Assembly: GCA_016215155.1 (NCBI GenBank)
Contig: JACRLQ010000057.1
Coordinates: 10,943 to 74,942, forward strand
DNA: 64,000 bases
Direction of reading: 5' to 3'
From: Nitrospirota bacterium
Lineage (GTDB): Bacteria > Nitrospirota > Thermodesulfovibrionia > Thermodesulfovibrionales > UBA6898
How positions within the stretch are numbered: the first letter of the stretch is position 1; the number at the start of each line of letters is the position of its first letter. This document shows positions 20,488 through 29,754 of this stretch, in pieces. The position numbers were made by a program, and so were the translations under genes. The notes below the pieces were generated by a model, which saw nothing but the letters and a program-made list of their open reading frames with translations, was not told the DNA's origin and searched no databases.

Positions 20488-20522
20488 ATCGGCCGGGAAA
20501 ATATACCCGGACCCCATTTAAC

Positions 20523-21401
20523 TCAGCCCCTGAAACGTTTTACAACTTCCAGCAGATAGGGCCTGAAAACCTTCGAAAGCTCGGGGTTTTTAAGCGCGAA
20601 ATCCACTGTGGCCTTCAGGTAGCCGAACTTGTCTCCGGCATCATATCTCTTGCCGCTATAAAGAAAACCATATACCTGTCTTGTCTTTAAGAGTGACCGG
20701 ATGGCGTCGGTCAGCTGGACCTCGCCGCCCCGGCCGGGCCGCGCCTTCTCAAGAATGTCGAATATGTCGGGTGTCAGGATATACCTGCCGATAATCGCCA
20801 TATCGGAGGGGGCATTTTTAGCGTCGGGTTTTTCGATCAGATTATTAATCCTGAATACCTTGTCGTGCTCCTTGACCCCGTCTATCACGCCGTACCTATG
20901 GATCTCGGACATCGACACTTTTTCGAGCGCGAGGATAGGACACTTCATTTCTTTATAAAGAGCAAGCATGTCCTTAAGGAGCGTCTCCTCCGGAGGAATG
21001 ATATCGTCGCTCAGAATGACGGCAAAGGGCTCGTCTTTTACAAAGGGCTTTGCCCTGAATATGGCATGGCCCAGACCAAGGGCATAGCCCTGTCTTATAT
21101 AGGCTATGTTGATCCTGTTGAGGCGGTTTATCTCGTTGATGAGCTGCTTTTTTCCGCTTTTTTTGAGTTGGGCTTCAAGCTCGTAGGAGTAATCAAAATG
21201 GTCCTCGATGCTGCGTTTATGTTTGCCGGTAATTATCACGATCTCATTGAGGTGACAGGAAAGGGCCTCTTCTACCCCGTATTGTATCATCGGTTTGTCG
21301 ACGATCGGCATCATTTCCTTTGGTGACGCCTTGGTCGCAGGCAAAAAACGTGTGCCCAGACCCGCGGCGGGAAAGATGGCCTTTTTTATTCCTTTGGTCA
21401 T
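20523..21401 (-). CDS. galU: UTP--glucose-1-phosphate uridylyltransferase
   Basis: AIFPAAGLGTRFLPATKASPKEMMPIVDKP, 292 aa. Confidence 0.9.
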   Translation of the reverse strand: MTKGIKKAIFPAAGLGTRFLPATKASPKEMMPIVDKPMIQYGVEEALSCHLNEIVIITGKHKRSIEDHFDYSYELEAQLKKSGKKQLINEINRLNRINIAYIRQGYALGLGHAIFRAKPFVKDEPFAVILSDDIIPPEETLLKDMLALYKEMKCPILALEKVSMSEIHRYGVIDGVKEHDKVFRINNLIEKPDAKNAPSDMAIIGRYILTPDIFDILEKARPGRGGEVQLTDAIRSLLKTRQVYGFLYSGKRYDAGDKFGYLKATVDFALKNPELSKVFRPYLLEVVKRFRG

Positions 21402-21472
21402 TTGCTCGCTCCTGCTCGCTCTAATAAATTTTTTAAATTATAGCATATATTGAGACACTGCAATTTCTCGTG

Positions 21473-22501
21473 TTATGGGTGGTCAAGTGAAGCGGCATCA
21501 GGAATGACACGCCTGTAGTCATCGTATGTCACCGAGGAGTTCCATTTATCGGAAATAATGCCTGTCAGGACCGAACCGAAAAAAAGAAGGACCACAAATA
21601 AGGCAAAGCCCAGAGGATGGAGTTTCTTTCGTTCAGACAGTGAAATATCCAATGCGCCTTTTGACGGGCATTGGCTCACGCAGGTCAGGCAGCCGGTGCA
21701 TTCCGGTGTGCGTACAATTGTCAGGTCTTCCACTGGTATCAGGGATGGACAGCTCCTGGTACACCGGTGACAGTGTATGCAGGCCTCATCGGCCCGTCTG
21801 ATTTTCAATGGGCTTACCATGCTCAGAAGTCCCAATAACCCGCCATAGGGACAGAGATAACGGCACCAGAAGTTACGGTAAATGACGGACAGGACAAAAA
21901 GTAACGCGAGGCTGTACATCGTCGTTTTTGTCATCATGGTAAAAAAATAGAGCATTTTCACATCGGCAACCCTGTAATAATCTCCCTCGATAAAGGAGAA
22001 TATCGCCGGGGGGTCCATTTTAATGACGATAATATAGACAAATAACGACAGCAGCAGGTATTTTATCGACCGGAGGGGATAATCGACCCATCGGTTCATT
22101 GCAAACCGTCTGCTGAAAATCCGCAGGCGGATTCTATAGAGCGCGTCGGACAATGCTCCGACGGGGCAGATCCAGCCGCAGAAGCCTTTTTTTAAGAGGA
22201 CGGCCATGAGAAGCGCCGCGATGAAGATGACAAGCCCGGCCGGGTGGATACGGTCGAACACGCCTGTTGCAACCCATAGTTTCAGGGACATCAGCGCCCC
22301 GATAGGAAGAAACCCTTCGATCGACGGAGGCCGGCTGCGTAACACCGCTTCAATGGCGCCGGCGGAATTTGCAGGTTCGTTCGCGACAAAATGCTCCACG
22401 AAAAGGTAAAACTTATAACCGGCGAAAACCAGAAACAAAAAAACATACAGCTGCACGGCGTATCTGATATACCTGACATACGACCTGTCAATTTTTTCCA
22501 T
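21473..22501 (-). CDS. 4Fe-4S binding membrane protein (NapH/YccM-like)
   Basis: Polytopic protein with CGWICPVGAL and CRYLCPYGGL motifs. Two ferredoxin CxxCxxCxxxCP clusters are present (CIHCHRCTRSCP, CTGCLTCVSQCP). Confidence 0.7.
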   Translation of the reverse strand: MEKIDRSYVRYIRYAVQLYVFLFLVFAGYKFYLFVEHFVANEPANSAGAIEAVLRSRPPSIEGFLPIGALMSLKLWVATGVFDRIHPAGLVIFIAALLMAVLLKKGFCGWICPVGALSDALYRIRLRIFSRRFAMNRWVDYPLRSIKYLLLSLFVYIIVIKMDPPAIFSFIEGDYYRVADVKMLYFFTMMTKTTMYSLALLFVLSVIYRNFWCRYLCPYGGLLGLLSMVSPLKIRRADEACIHCHRCTRSCPSLIPVEDLTIVRTPECTGCLTCVSQCPSKGALDISLSERKKLHPLGFALFVVLLFFGSVLTGIISDKWNSSVTYDDYRRVIPDAASLDHP

Positions 22502-22610
22502 ATCTTATTGTATTAAAAAATGCAGGGGCAAATATATGATGTATCTCAGGGTTTTAATAGGGGAGGGATCATGCAATTCATGATAAGTGGACCCCAATTT
22601 ATACTTTTCC

Positions 22611-22643
22611 GTCATGCCCGAGATCCTTAGTCGGGCATCCACT
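22611..22643. repeat. Solo hairpin related to the MITE-like family
   Basis: GTCATGCCCGAgatccttagTCGGGCATCCAC has the same GTCAT-stem-loop-stem-ATCC layout as hairpin 1 of the repeat family. Confidence 0.3.
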
Positions 22644-22657
22644 ATTACTATAGTCAG

Positions 22658-22851
22658 TTACCAGATTTTCCGTATGGCTTTCAGGCCTTTCAGGTAATCC
22701 TCATGCTCCAGATTTGCTTCGACTCCGTTTTCCTTGAATATGTCCATCATTTTCGAGATTGAAACTCCAGCTATCCTGGCTGCTTTTTCAATGGATGCTT
22801 CCGATAGTTTTCGCGCAGCTTTATCGGTCTTAACCTTTCAGAAAGTTTCAT
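22658..22851 (-). pseudogene. Frameshifted remnant of a UPF0175-type (HTH) antitoxin-like gene
   Basis: The minus-strand frame gives EASIEKAARIAGVSISKMMDIFKENGVEANLEHEDYLKGLKAIRKIW-stop. An upstream ATG (22851) reads MKLSERLRPIKLRENYRK in a different frame. The span is 194 nt, not a multiple of 3. The family call is from memory of UPF0175 C-terminal patterns. Confidence 0.4.
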
Positions 22852-22919
22852 CACCGGCACGCATCTCGGGGTCCGCTTTGGTCCAGAATAAACAGTGAAT
22901 TCGTTGTTTGATCTCCCAA

Positions 22920-23942
22920 TTATTCATTAAGGGCGCTAAATCCTATAGAAATAGCGTCAATCCTGTATTGATGTACAACAGTGCCGGCCACACCGGAATC
23001 GTCGAATATTGCGTAATTGACCCCCGGTCCCAATGCGCTCGCATAAATTACGCCATCAAACGCACAGTCTTTGATGAATTCGCAAATATACTGGCTTGGG
23101 AGATATTCAAGGTGGGCCACCTTGGGCAAAATTGGCATTGTTAGTTCTTCACCGAGGCGACATAGATAGTCCATGTACTTGAAAAGTAATTCAATTTGCA
23201 AGTCATCAAGTAAAAAAGGAGAAATGGATTTTCTCGGATTGCGCAGATCTGCGAGTTGTATTCTTTCATTAATTGCAAATTCAGCGACACACACCAATTC
23301 GCCCTTGTGCGGCCGAATTTCGGTTATAGCTGTGTCTGCATCTGAAGCAACATACAGGCATGGTATGCCCACCGGATTTGCGCGTCCATTCCCCGAAAAC
23401 CTTGCCGGGGGTTTTCCCATCTGGTCTAAAGAATAAGGATCGGGATGCTCGCATATCCTCGCCCGATAGACTTTTGCTGGAATATCTTCGGAGCGCGCGG
23501 TTAGGAAGCCAAATAGCTCCTTGAGTTCTTTGGTCGGCTGAAACTTCTTCGGAAAAAAGCGGTTATGATGTTTCAGCTCCTCCCGAAAATCGTCCCATTC
23601 CTGAATGGCAGAGAAATCGGTTTCCTTGACAGGCATGTATTTCTTTTTGATGAAATTGTCATCTTGAAAAATGTTACTCAATAACAGCTCTGCCTGATGT
23701 GGCTCTAACTTCTCAAATAGTGCCCAGTCTTTCCTCAATAATGCCTCTATTCCATGGGCAGCAGAATCAGTGCTCTCCTTATAGACCCCTAATGGTTTCT
23801 CTAGAAAATCGATTAAAACGGCAGGGTCAACGAGTTTTACGTCAACACCCCCACAATAATCACAGTGGCCTGATACTTTGGCCCGCTGTTCAATTTCTCC
23901 TGAAAGAAAGGCATCCCCAAAACAACTGCCACAACATTTCAC
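22920..23942 (-). CDS. RES domain protein with N-terminal zinc-ribbon domain (HEPN/RES-NTD1-like)
   Basis: GTG start 4 nt after the upstream stop, with GGAGAG as RBS. The N-terminus has CCGSC...CDYC. The RES triad candidates are R187 (GNGRANPVGIPCLYVA), E208 (AITEIRPH) and S302 (GVIYASALG). Confidence 0.8.
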   Translation of the reverse strand: MKCCGSCFGDAFLSGEIEQRAKVSGHCDYCGGVDVKLVDPAVLIDFLEKPLGVYKESTDSAAHGIEALLRKDWALFEKLEPHQAELLLSNIFQDDNFIKKKYMPVKETDFSAIQEWDDFREELKHHNRFFPKKFQPTKELKELFGFLTARSEDIPAKVYRARICEHPDPYSLDQMGKPPARFSGNGRANPVGIPCLYVASDADTAITEIRPHKGELVCVAEFAINERIQLADLRNPRKSISPFLLDDLQIELLFKYMDYLCRLGEELTMPILPKVAHLEYLPSQYICEFIKDCAFDGVIYASALGPGVNYAIFDDSGVAGTVVHQYRIDAISIGFSALNE

Positions 23943-23946
23943 AGCG

Positions 23947-24885
23947 TTACTCTCCGAGATAGTGCGCGATTAGTTCAATGTGATGCTGCATAGATAGTTT
24001 TTTAACGTATCCAAGTCCGGGATAGTGTTCTCTGCTATGAAAGCTTTCAAATTCCTCTACAGCCTCAGAGCGATATATCTTAGATTTTGGTCGGTTCACA
24101 TCTCTAACAAGCTTCCTTAGTGCTTCCAGAAATTTTCCTCCTGGGTCGGTCGGTGATTGTGTTCGATCAGAAATATAGTGTTTAACGAACATGTCGTTGT
24201 CTTCATCGGTATCGATGAATGTAAGATGTATCGCAACAGCATAGGCCGGCCCCCCGCTCTCCATAAATTCATCGCCTACAATCAGATAATCACCGAACCC
24301 ATTTACGCCTTCATCGGCATAGGTTATGTGTAAGTCTGAAAAATGCTCAATTTCAGGGTGCTCCCTATTTTTTCTATGAACAAAACCATCACGAATAAGC
24401 ACGCGCTGTTTGTCTTTGAAATGTCGCCGATATAATCGAGTCGAGAATTCCTCAATAAAAATATGCTCCTCGACCGTTTCAAACTTATTCAATGTGTCCG
24501 CCAGTTCTCGTCCATGTGGATATCCATAATGGATAATACTGATAGGTCGAACCTGGCTCCTGCAAAATCTCCTGACAGCATTTATATCTGAGTCTGTGTT
24601 CACAACATAACCTATCAAATAGTTGTCGTATTCAGGCAGCAAGTCTATCATTATTTCATTAGATAATGCAGACGCTCCATCACAAAGCTCGCCGCATTGA
24701 GGATTAACTATGAGCACAAAGCGGGCGTTATGCTCAATAAGAGCCTCTACTGCTCGGGTTAAGCCGGAAAGATTTTGTTTGACCGGCTCAATAATAGGAA
24801 CGATTTTAGCGCGAGACATGCGTTCCGCATTTTCACGTATAGTTATTAACTCATATTGCTTACCGCGAAAATAGGGATAGTACAT
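23947..24885 (-). CDS. sce7725-type / T4 Beta-protein-like family protein (unknown function)
   Basis: The start is set at ATG 24885, preceded by GGAGGTG. The ORF track uses TTG at 24900. The N-terminal MYYPYFRGKQYELITIRE matches my memory of the sce7725/Beta_protein signature (Y-P-Y-hydrophobic-RGK-x-x-E-L). Not searchable here. Confidence 0.55.
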   Translation of the reverse strand: MYYPYFRGKQYELITIRENAERMSRAKIVPIIEPVKQNLSGLTRAVEALIEHNARFVLIVNPQCGELCDGASALSNEIMIDLLPEYDNYLIGYVVNTDSDINAVRRFCRSQVRPISIIHYGYPHGRELADTLNKFETVEEHIFIEEFSTRLYRRHFKDKQRVLIRDGFVHRKNREHPEIEHFSDLHITYADEGVNGFGDYLIVGDEFMESGGPAYAVAIHLTFIDTDEDNDMFVKHYISDRTQSPTDPGGKFLEALRKLVRDVNRPKSKIYRSEAVEEFESFHSREHYPGLGYVKKLSMQHHIELIAHYLGE

Positions 24886-24909
24886 GCCACCTCCATTCAA
24901 CGATTCCCA

Positions 24910-25806
24910 TCATATTGCCAAACAGGTGCCAATTTCAGCATCAAGCAATTTTAAAAATTGGTTTTGCTGAGATGAACTAAGCTTGCAAGAGATCGCGGCG
25001 GCTTTAAGCGAATAGGGGACTGAATTAATAAATTCACGTAACGGTTTACTATTACCGCGCTTCTTAAGTACGGTTACCATAGCATCGTGAGCCACTGTCG
25101 GCGCAAGCGAGCAGAAGAGATCACGGCATGCCCGGTACATTCGAGTATTCGGCATGTTTGGCATCACCCCAAAGTGCATTTTGATGATCTGTTCGTATTC
25201 ATTTTTTCTGAGAGAATCAAAGATAACAGATGGTTGGACAGTCACTTTGAGCGATGCCGGTTTCTGCACAGTGCTTATAGTGTTGCGGTCAGTGAGTAAC
25301 ATCAAGCCAATATCAGGGCCAACGACCTCTCGTACTTTCACCAATTGAGAAGCTGCCGTTATTACATTGATATTATCGAATAGTTGTCTGTAAGCCGCTA
25401 TTTGCCGCTTCAATCTCTCAATGCTGTCGTAAGCCGATTTAATCTCGTAAACTGTACTGGTTCCGTTCAGAAGCACTACATCGGCCTTACAAATACCGGT
25501 ACGAAACTCAGTTAGCATAGAAGTTGTATTGAGTGAATGTTTCCCTATCAAAATTTTCTGGGCAATGACATTTTTATAGATGTATTCATTCCGATATGCC
25601 TGGAACAATACCTCATATATTTGATCAAAAAAATCTCGCAAAGGAATTGTGGGGGTGTATTCATAAAAAATGCCCGATTCTCGCAAAATGCTGGCTGCAA
25701 GAGGCGAACAACCCTGTATGGACAATTCTTTAATAACTGCAGAGGAGAAAAGGCGTGCAAGAAAGCCAGGCTCTATACTTTTGCTTGTCAAATTAATGTC
25801 CCTCAC
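24910..25806 (-). CDS. sce7726-type protein with PD-(D/E)xK nuclease-like motif
   Basis: GTG start. The segment TEFRTGICKADVVLLNGTSTVYEIKSAYD gives E100, D109 and E121-x-K123, a restriction-endonuclease-fold signature. The family name is from memory. Confidence 0.55.
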   Translation of the reverse strand: MRDINLTSKSIEPGFLARLFSSAVIKELSIQGCSPLAASILRESGIFYEYTPTIPLRDFFDQIYEVLFQAYRNEYIYKNVIAQKILIGKHSLNTTSMLTEFRTGICKADVVLLNGTSTVYEIKSAYDSIERLKRQIAAYRQLFDNINVITAASQLVKVREVVGPDIGLMLLTDRNTISTVQKPASLKVTVQPSVIFDSLRKNEYEQIIKMHFGVMPNMPNTRMYRACRDLFCSLAPTVAHDAMVTVLKKRGNSKPLREFINSVPYSLKAAAISCKLSSSQQNQFLKLLDAEIGTCLAI

Positions 25807-25915
25807 TATGACAAATCCGCTCCCGTAACATTATAGATTATGATACGGGATATAGAGATAAAGAGCAAGGAGAAAACTTTTCGCGGCTTGCCTATTATAT
25901 AGGGCAGTTTCTCCG

Positions 25916-26548
25916 TCATTTCCAGCCGCCGGGAAGGGGGTTGCTCCGGCGGTAGGCAAACAGGGTGAAATCATGATAAAGCCTGTCCTGCCTGAGGCTC
26001 ACAAAGGGCGTAAGTTCCTCGATCGTAAACCTGAGCATCTCTTCGGGCTGGACATAATTGAACTCGAAATCATGATGCGCGCAGTGCGAGGACAGGCCGT
26101 TATACGCAAGGCCTACCCTGCAATGTCCGAAGAGTTTTTTTAAAGAGAATTTTATCAGGTCTTCAATGCCCTCGATCCTCAGGTTGAATACGCCGCAGAG
26201 AAAGATATAATCGAATTCGTCGGCGAGGCTGTCCTTCGTGATATCAAAGACGTAAAAAGGGACTCCGGGATATTTCTTTCCGGCGAGGTCGATCAGGTTT
26301 TGGTTTATATCGACACCCGTGTAGGACACATTGATGCCGTTTTCTTTCAGAAAACCGTAAAAATCGCCCTTGCCGCAGCCGAAATCAAGGATGCGGGCGC
26401 CGTCGATAGAAGGCGCGATATCGAGCATGCACTTGAAGTGAATGATCTGGCCGGAGGGGGTCCATCTGAGCGCCTCAGGACTGTCGCCGTGCATCCGCAG
26501 CCTGTCGTTAAAATACGAGATCACATATTCTTTCGAAAGTTCATCCAT
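25916..26548 (-). CDS. Class I SAM-dependent methyltransferase
   Basis: 210 aa. Motif I is ILDFGCGKGDF. GC content resembles the core genome. Confidence 0.8.
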   Translation of the reverse strand: MDELSKEYVISYFNDRLRMHGDSPEALRWTPSGQIIHFKCMLDIAPSIDGARILDFGCGKGDFYGFLKENGINVSYTGVDINQNLIDLAGKKYPGVPFYVFDITKDSLADEFDYIFLCGVFNLRIEGIEDLIKFSLKKLFGHCRVGLAYNGLSSHCAHHDFEFNYVQPEEMLRFTIEELTPFVSLRQDRLYHDFTLFAYRRSNPLPGGWK

Positions 26549-26583
26549 CGGCTATAAACATCTTAACATAACCTTGATGAACC

Positions 26584-26700
26584 CGTAAAAGGTCGTCATT
26601 GCCGCGCAGGCGGGAATCCGGGTGCGCGGGAACTTTCTCAAAAGAATGGGTTCCCGACCACGGACTTCGGGAATGACGGCCTTTATAAGGACTTTTTACG
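26584..26700. repeat. MITE-like palindromic repeat, copy B
   Basis: Ends are CGTAAAAGGTC and GGACTTTTTACG (inverted). Hairpin 1 is GTCATTGCCGCGCAGGCGGGAATCC (26595-26619). Hairpin 2 is GGGTTCCCGaccacggactTCGGGAATGAC (26648-26677). It lies in the divergent region upstream of glyQ. Confidence 0.7.
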
Positions 26701-26790
26701 AATCCCGCAAGTTTGCTTCAAGGGGGAGCTTTGTTTGACAAACCATGCCGGTATCCATTAAGATTTTTTCCTGATGCATGGAGGAATGGG

Positions 26791-27666
26791 ATGTATTTTC
26801 AGGACATAATTTTAACTCTTCAGAACTTCTGGGCAAAAAAAGGCTGTCTGCTTCTCCAGCCCTATGACATTGAAGTCGGGGCGGGGACGTTCCACCCGGC
26901 AACTTTCTTCAGGGTGCTTGGGCCGGAGCCCTGGAAGACGGCGTATGTCGAGCCTTCGCGCAGGCCGACCGACGGCAGGTACGGAGAGAACCCAAACCGC
27001 CTGCAACAGTACTATCAGTATCAGGTAATTATTAAACCGTCTCCCGCTGACAGCCAGGAGCTGTATCTCGAAAGTCTCGCCGCCCTCGGCATAGACCCTC
27101 TCCAGCACGACATAAGGTTTGTGGAGGACGACTGGGAATCTCCGACTCTCGGGGCCTGGGGACTCGGATGGGAGGTCTGGCTTAACGGCATGGAGGTCAC
27201 ACAGTTCACCTATTTTCAGCAGGTCGGCGGAATAGACCTCAGGCCCGTTTCCCTTGAGATCACTTATGGCCTGGAGAGGATAGCGATGTACCTCCAGGGT
27301 GTGGACAATGTCTATAGTTTGAGGTGGAACAAGGACCTTTCTTACGGGGATGTGCACCATGCGAGCGAGGTCGAGGGTTCAAAATACAATTTCGATTTCT
27401 CGGACGCGGAGCAGCTGACAAGGCATTTTGAGGACTGCGAAAGTCAGTCGATCAGGTTAAACAGAGAGGGTCTTGTAATCCCTTCGTATGAGTTCTGTCT
27501 TAAGTGTTCTCATCTGTTTAACCTCCTTGACGCCAGAGGGGCCATTTCAGTGACTGAAAGGACAAAATATATCGGCAGGGTCAGGCATCTCGCAAAGCTC
27601 TGCGCCGAGGCTTATTATAAGCAGAGGGAAGAGATGGGTTTCCCCCTGGTGAGGGACGGCAAATGA
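26791..27666 (+). CDS. glyQ: Glycine--tRNA ligase subunit alpha
   Basis: The start is trimmed to ATG 26791, after [42 protein letters not shown] is the classic GlyQ N-terminus. Confidence 0.95.
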   Translation: MYFQDIILTLQNFWAKKGCLLLQPYDIEVGAGTFHPATFFRVLGPEPWKTAYVEPSRRPTDGRYGENPNRLQQYYQYQVIIKPSPADSQELYLESLAALGIDPLQHDIRFVEDDWESPTLGAWGLGWEVWLNGMEVTQFTYFQQVGGIDLRPVSLEITYGLERIAMYLQGVDNVYSLRWNKDLSYGDVHHASEVEGSKYNFDFSDAEQLTRHFEDCESQSIRLNREGLVIPSYEFCLKCSHLFNLLDARGAISVTERTKYIGRVRHLAKLCAEAYYKQREEMGFPLVRDGK

Positions 27667-29744
27667 GTCAGGATAACACGGTTCAGAAGATGCCGCTGCT
27701 GCTTGAACTCGGCACCGAGGAGATACCCGCGAGGTTTCTTCCTCCGGCCATAAAGGACCTTGCCAGGATCGCCGCCGAGACGTTTGCCGAATTCAGGGTG
27801 CCCTGTGACGGGATAACGACCTATGCCACACCCAGAAGGCTGGCCCTTCTTATCCGGGAAGTCTCCGCTATGCAGCTTGACAATGTCCGGGAAGTCTTCG
27901 GGCCATCCAAAAAGGCCGCCTATGATCAGGACGGCAATCCCACGAAGGCCGCCGAAGGCTTTTCAGCGTCTCTAAACCTCCCGGTCTCTGACCTTGTTAT
28001 AAGACAGAAGGGCAAGGCGGAGTATGTGGCGGCTGTCGTTGAAGAAAAAGGTGTTGAGACGAAGACCGTACTTCCCGATATTCTTGGCAGGATTATCATG
28101 TCACTCCGGTTTCCCAAAAACATGAGGTGGGGCGACGGCGCCCTGACATTTGTGAGGCCGATACATTGGATCGTGGGAATTTACGGCTCCGATACAGTGC
28201 ATTTTACGATCGGCAATATAAAAAGCGGGGCCATAACAAGGGGGCACAGGTTCCTTTCGCCGGCATCGTTTCATATAAAAGACATTTTGTGTTACACGGG
28301 ACTTCTGGAGAATAACTTCGTAATAGTCGATCAGGACAAGAGAAAAAAGATCATCAGGGAGGGCATATCGTCGATAGCGACAGGTTCGAACGGCCACCCG
28401 GTCATGGACGAGGAACTCCTTGATATCGTAAATTTTCTGGTTGAATATCCCGTTCCCGTCCTCTGCGGCTTCAGCAGCGAATACCTTAAGCTCCCGAAGG
28501 AGCTGCTCGTTACCGTCATGAAGGACCATCAGAAATATTTCGCCATTGAGGACGACAACGGCGGTCTTATCAACAGTTTTGTGGTCGTGAGCAATACAAG
28601 GGCGGAAAACAGGGACAATGTGCGAAAAGGCGCGGAGCGGGTCATAAAGGCCCGTTTTGATGATGCCAAGTTTTACTTCCACGAAGACCGAAAAGTGAGG
28701 CTGGCAGACAGGGTTGACGAGCTCAGAAAGGTGATGTTCCACGACTCTCTCGGGAGCGTCCATGCCAAGACCGAAAGGATGGTCTCGATCGCCAAATATC
28801 TGGGAGACAATATCGATCCAACCGCTTCAGAGACGATACAAAGGGCGACACTCCTTTCGAAGACGGACCTGATAACCGGGGTGGTCAGGGAGTTTCCCGA
28901 ACTTCAGGGCATCATGGGCAAATATTATGCGACGCTCGACGGCGAAAGGCCTGAGACCGCCCGCGCACTGGAAGAGCAATATCTGCCGAAATCATTCGGA
29001 GGAAGTCTTCCCTCGACCGATATCGGGTCGGTCCTGAGCCTCTCCGACAAGATCGACAACATATCGGCTTTTTTTGCCATAGGCCAGATACCTACCGGTT
29101 CGGAAGACCCTTTTGCCTTAAGACGGCAGGCGATGGGGATAGTCTCCATTTTTCTTGAAAGAGGCTATGGGATGACCCTCAGGGAAATATTCGAAAAGGC
29201 CCTCGAAAACCTCTCAGGGATAAAAGTCAGAGAACGCACACTCGAAAATATCACCGGCTTTATGGAGCAGAGGGTCGAGTTCATATTGTCATCCATGGGA
29301 TACCAACAGGACCTGGTAAGGGCGATGCTTCCGCTTTCGATGTCCAATCCGCTCAGGACGGTCTCAGGCAGGATAGCGGCCCTTGATAAGTTCAGGGGCG
29401 AAGAAATATATCCGGATTTTCTGCTGGCGATAAAACGCGTCGGCAATATCATACAGAAAACTTCCCCGTCAGAGATCAGGGAAGACCTTTTCGGGCAGGA
29501 CGAAGAGAAAGCGCTTTTTTCAGCGTATCAGAAAATAAAGGAGCAGGTCACCGATTGCGTTGCCTCGGGAGATTACCCTGCCGCCCTTAAGACCCTTGCC
29601 GGATTGACCACCCCGGTCAATAACTTTTTCGACAAGGTGCTCGTTATGGATAAAAACGAAGAACTGAAAAACAACAGGCTTTCGCTTCTGTCCTCTATCT
29701 GGTCAACCGCGGTGCTGCTTGCCGATTTTTCCAGACTGATTTAG
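27663..29744 (+). CDS. glyS: Glycine--tRNA ligase subunit beta
   Basis: 693 aa with [14 protein letters not shown] at the N-terminus. The start overlaps the glyQ stop. Confidence 0.95.
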   Translation: MSQDNTVQKMPLLLELGTEEIPARFLPPAIKDLARIAAETFAEFRVPCDGITTYATPRRLALLIREVSAMQLDNVREVFGPSKKAAYDQDGNPTKAAEGFSASLNLPVSDLVIRQKGKAEYVAAVVEEKGVETKTVLPDILGRIIMSLRFPKNMRWGDGALTFVRPIHWIVGIYGSDTVHFTIGNIKSGAITRGHRFLSPASFHIKDILCYTGLLENNFVIVDQDKRKKIIREGISSIATGSNGHPVMDEELLDIVNFLVEYPVPVLCGFSSEYLKLPKELLVTVMKDHQKYFAIEDDNGGLINSFVVVSNTRAENRDNVRKGAERVIKARFDDAKFYFHEDRKVRLADRVDELRKVMFHDSLGSVHAKTERMVSIAKYLGDNIDPTASETIQRATLLSKTDLITGVVREFPELQGIMGKYYATLDGERPETARALEEQYLPKSFGGSLPSTDIGSVLSLSDKIDNISAFFAIGQIPTGSEDPFALRRQAMGIVSIFLERGYGMTLREIFEKALENLSGIKVRERTLENITGFMEQRVEFILSSMGYQQDLVRAMLPLSMSNPLRTVSGRIAALDKFRGEEIYPDFLLAIKRVGNIIQKTSPSEIREDLFGQDEEKALFSAYQKIKEQVTDCVASGDYPAALKTLAGLTTPVNNFFDKVLVMDKNEELKNNRLSLLSSIWSTAVLLADFSRLI

Positions 29745-29754
29745 CGGACGCATG

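Noticed and set aside
26713-26790. 26 extra N-terminal codons of the glyQ ORF
   Set aside because: The canonical GlyQ N-terminus (MYFQDIIL) starts at 26791 and is preceded by GGAGGA. The upstream codons run into repeat copy B.
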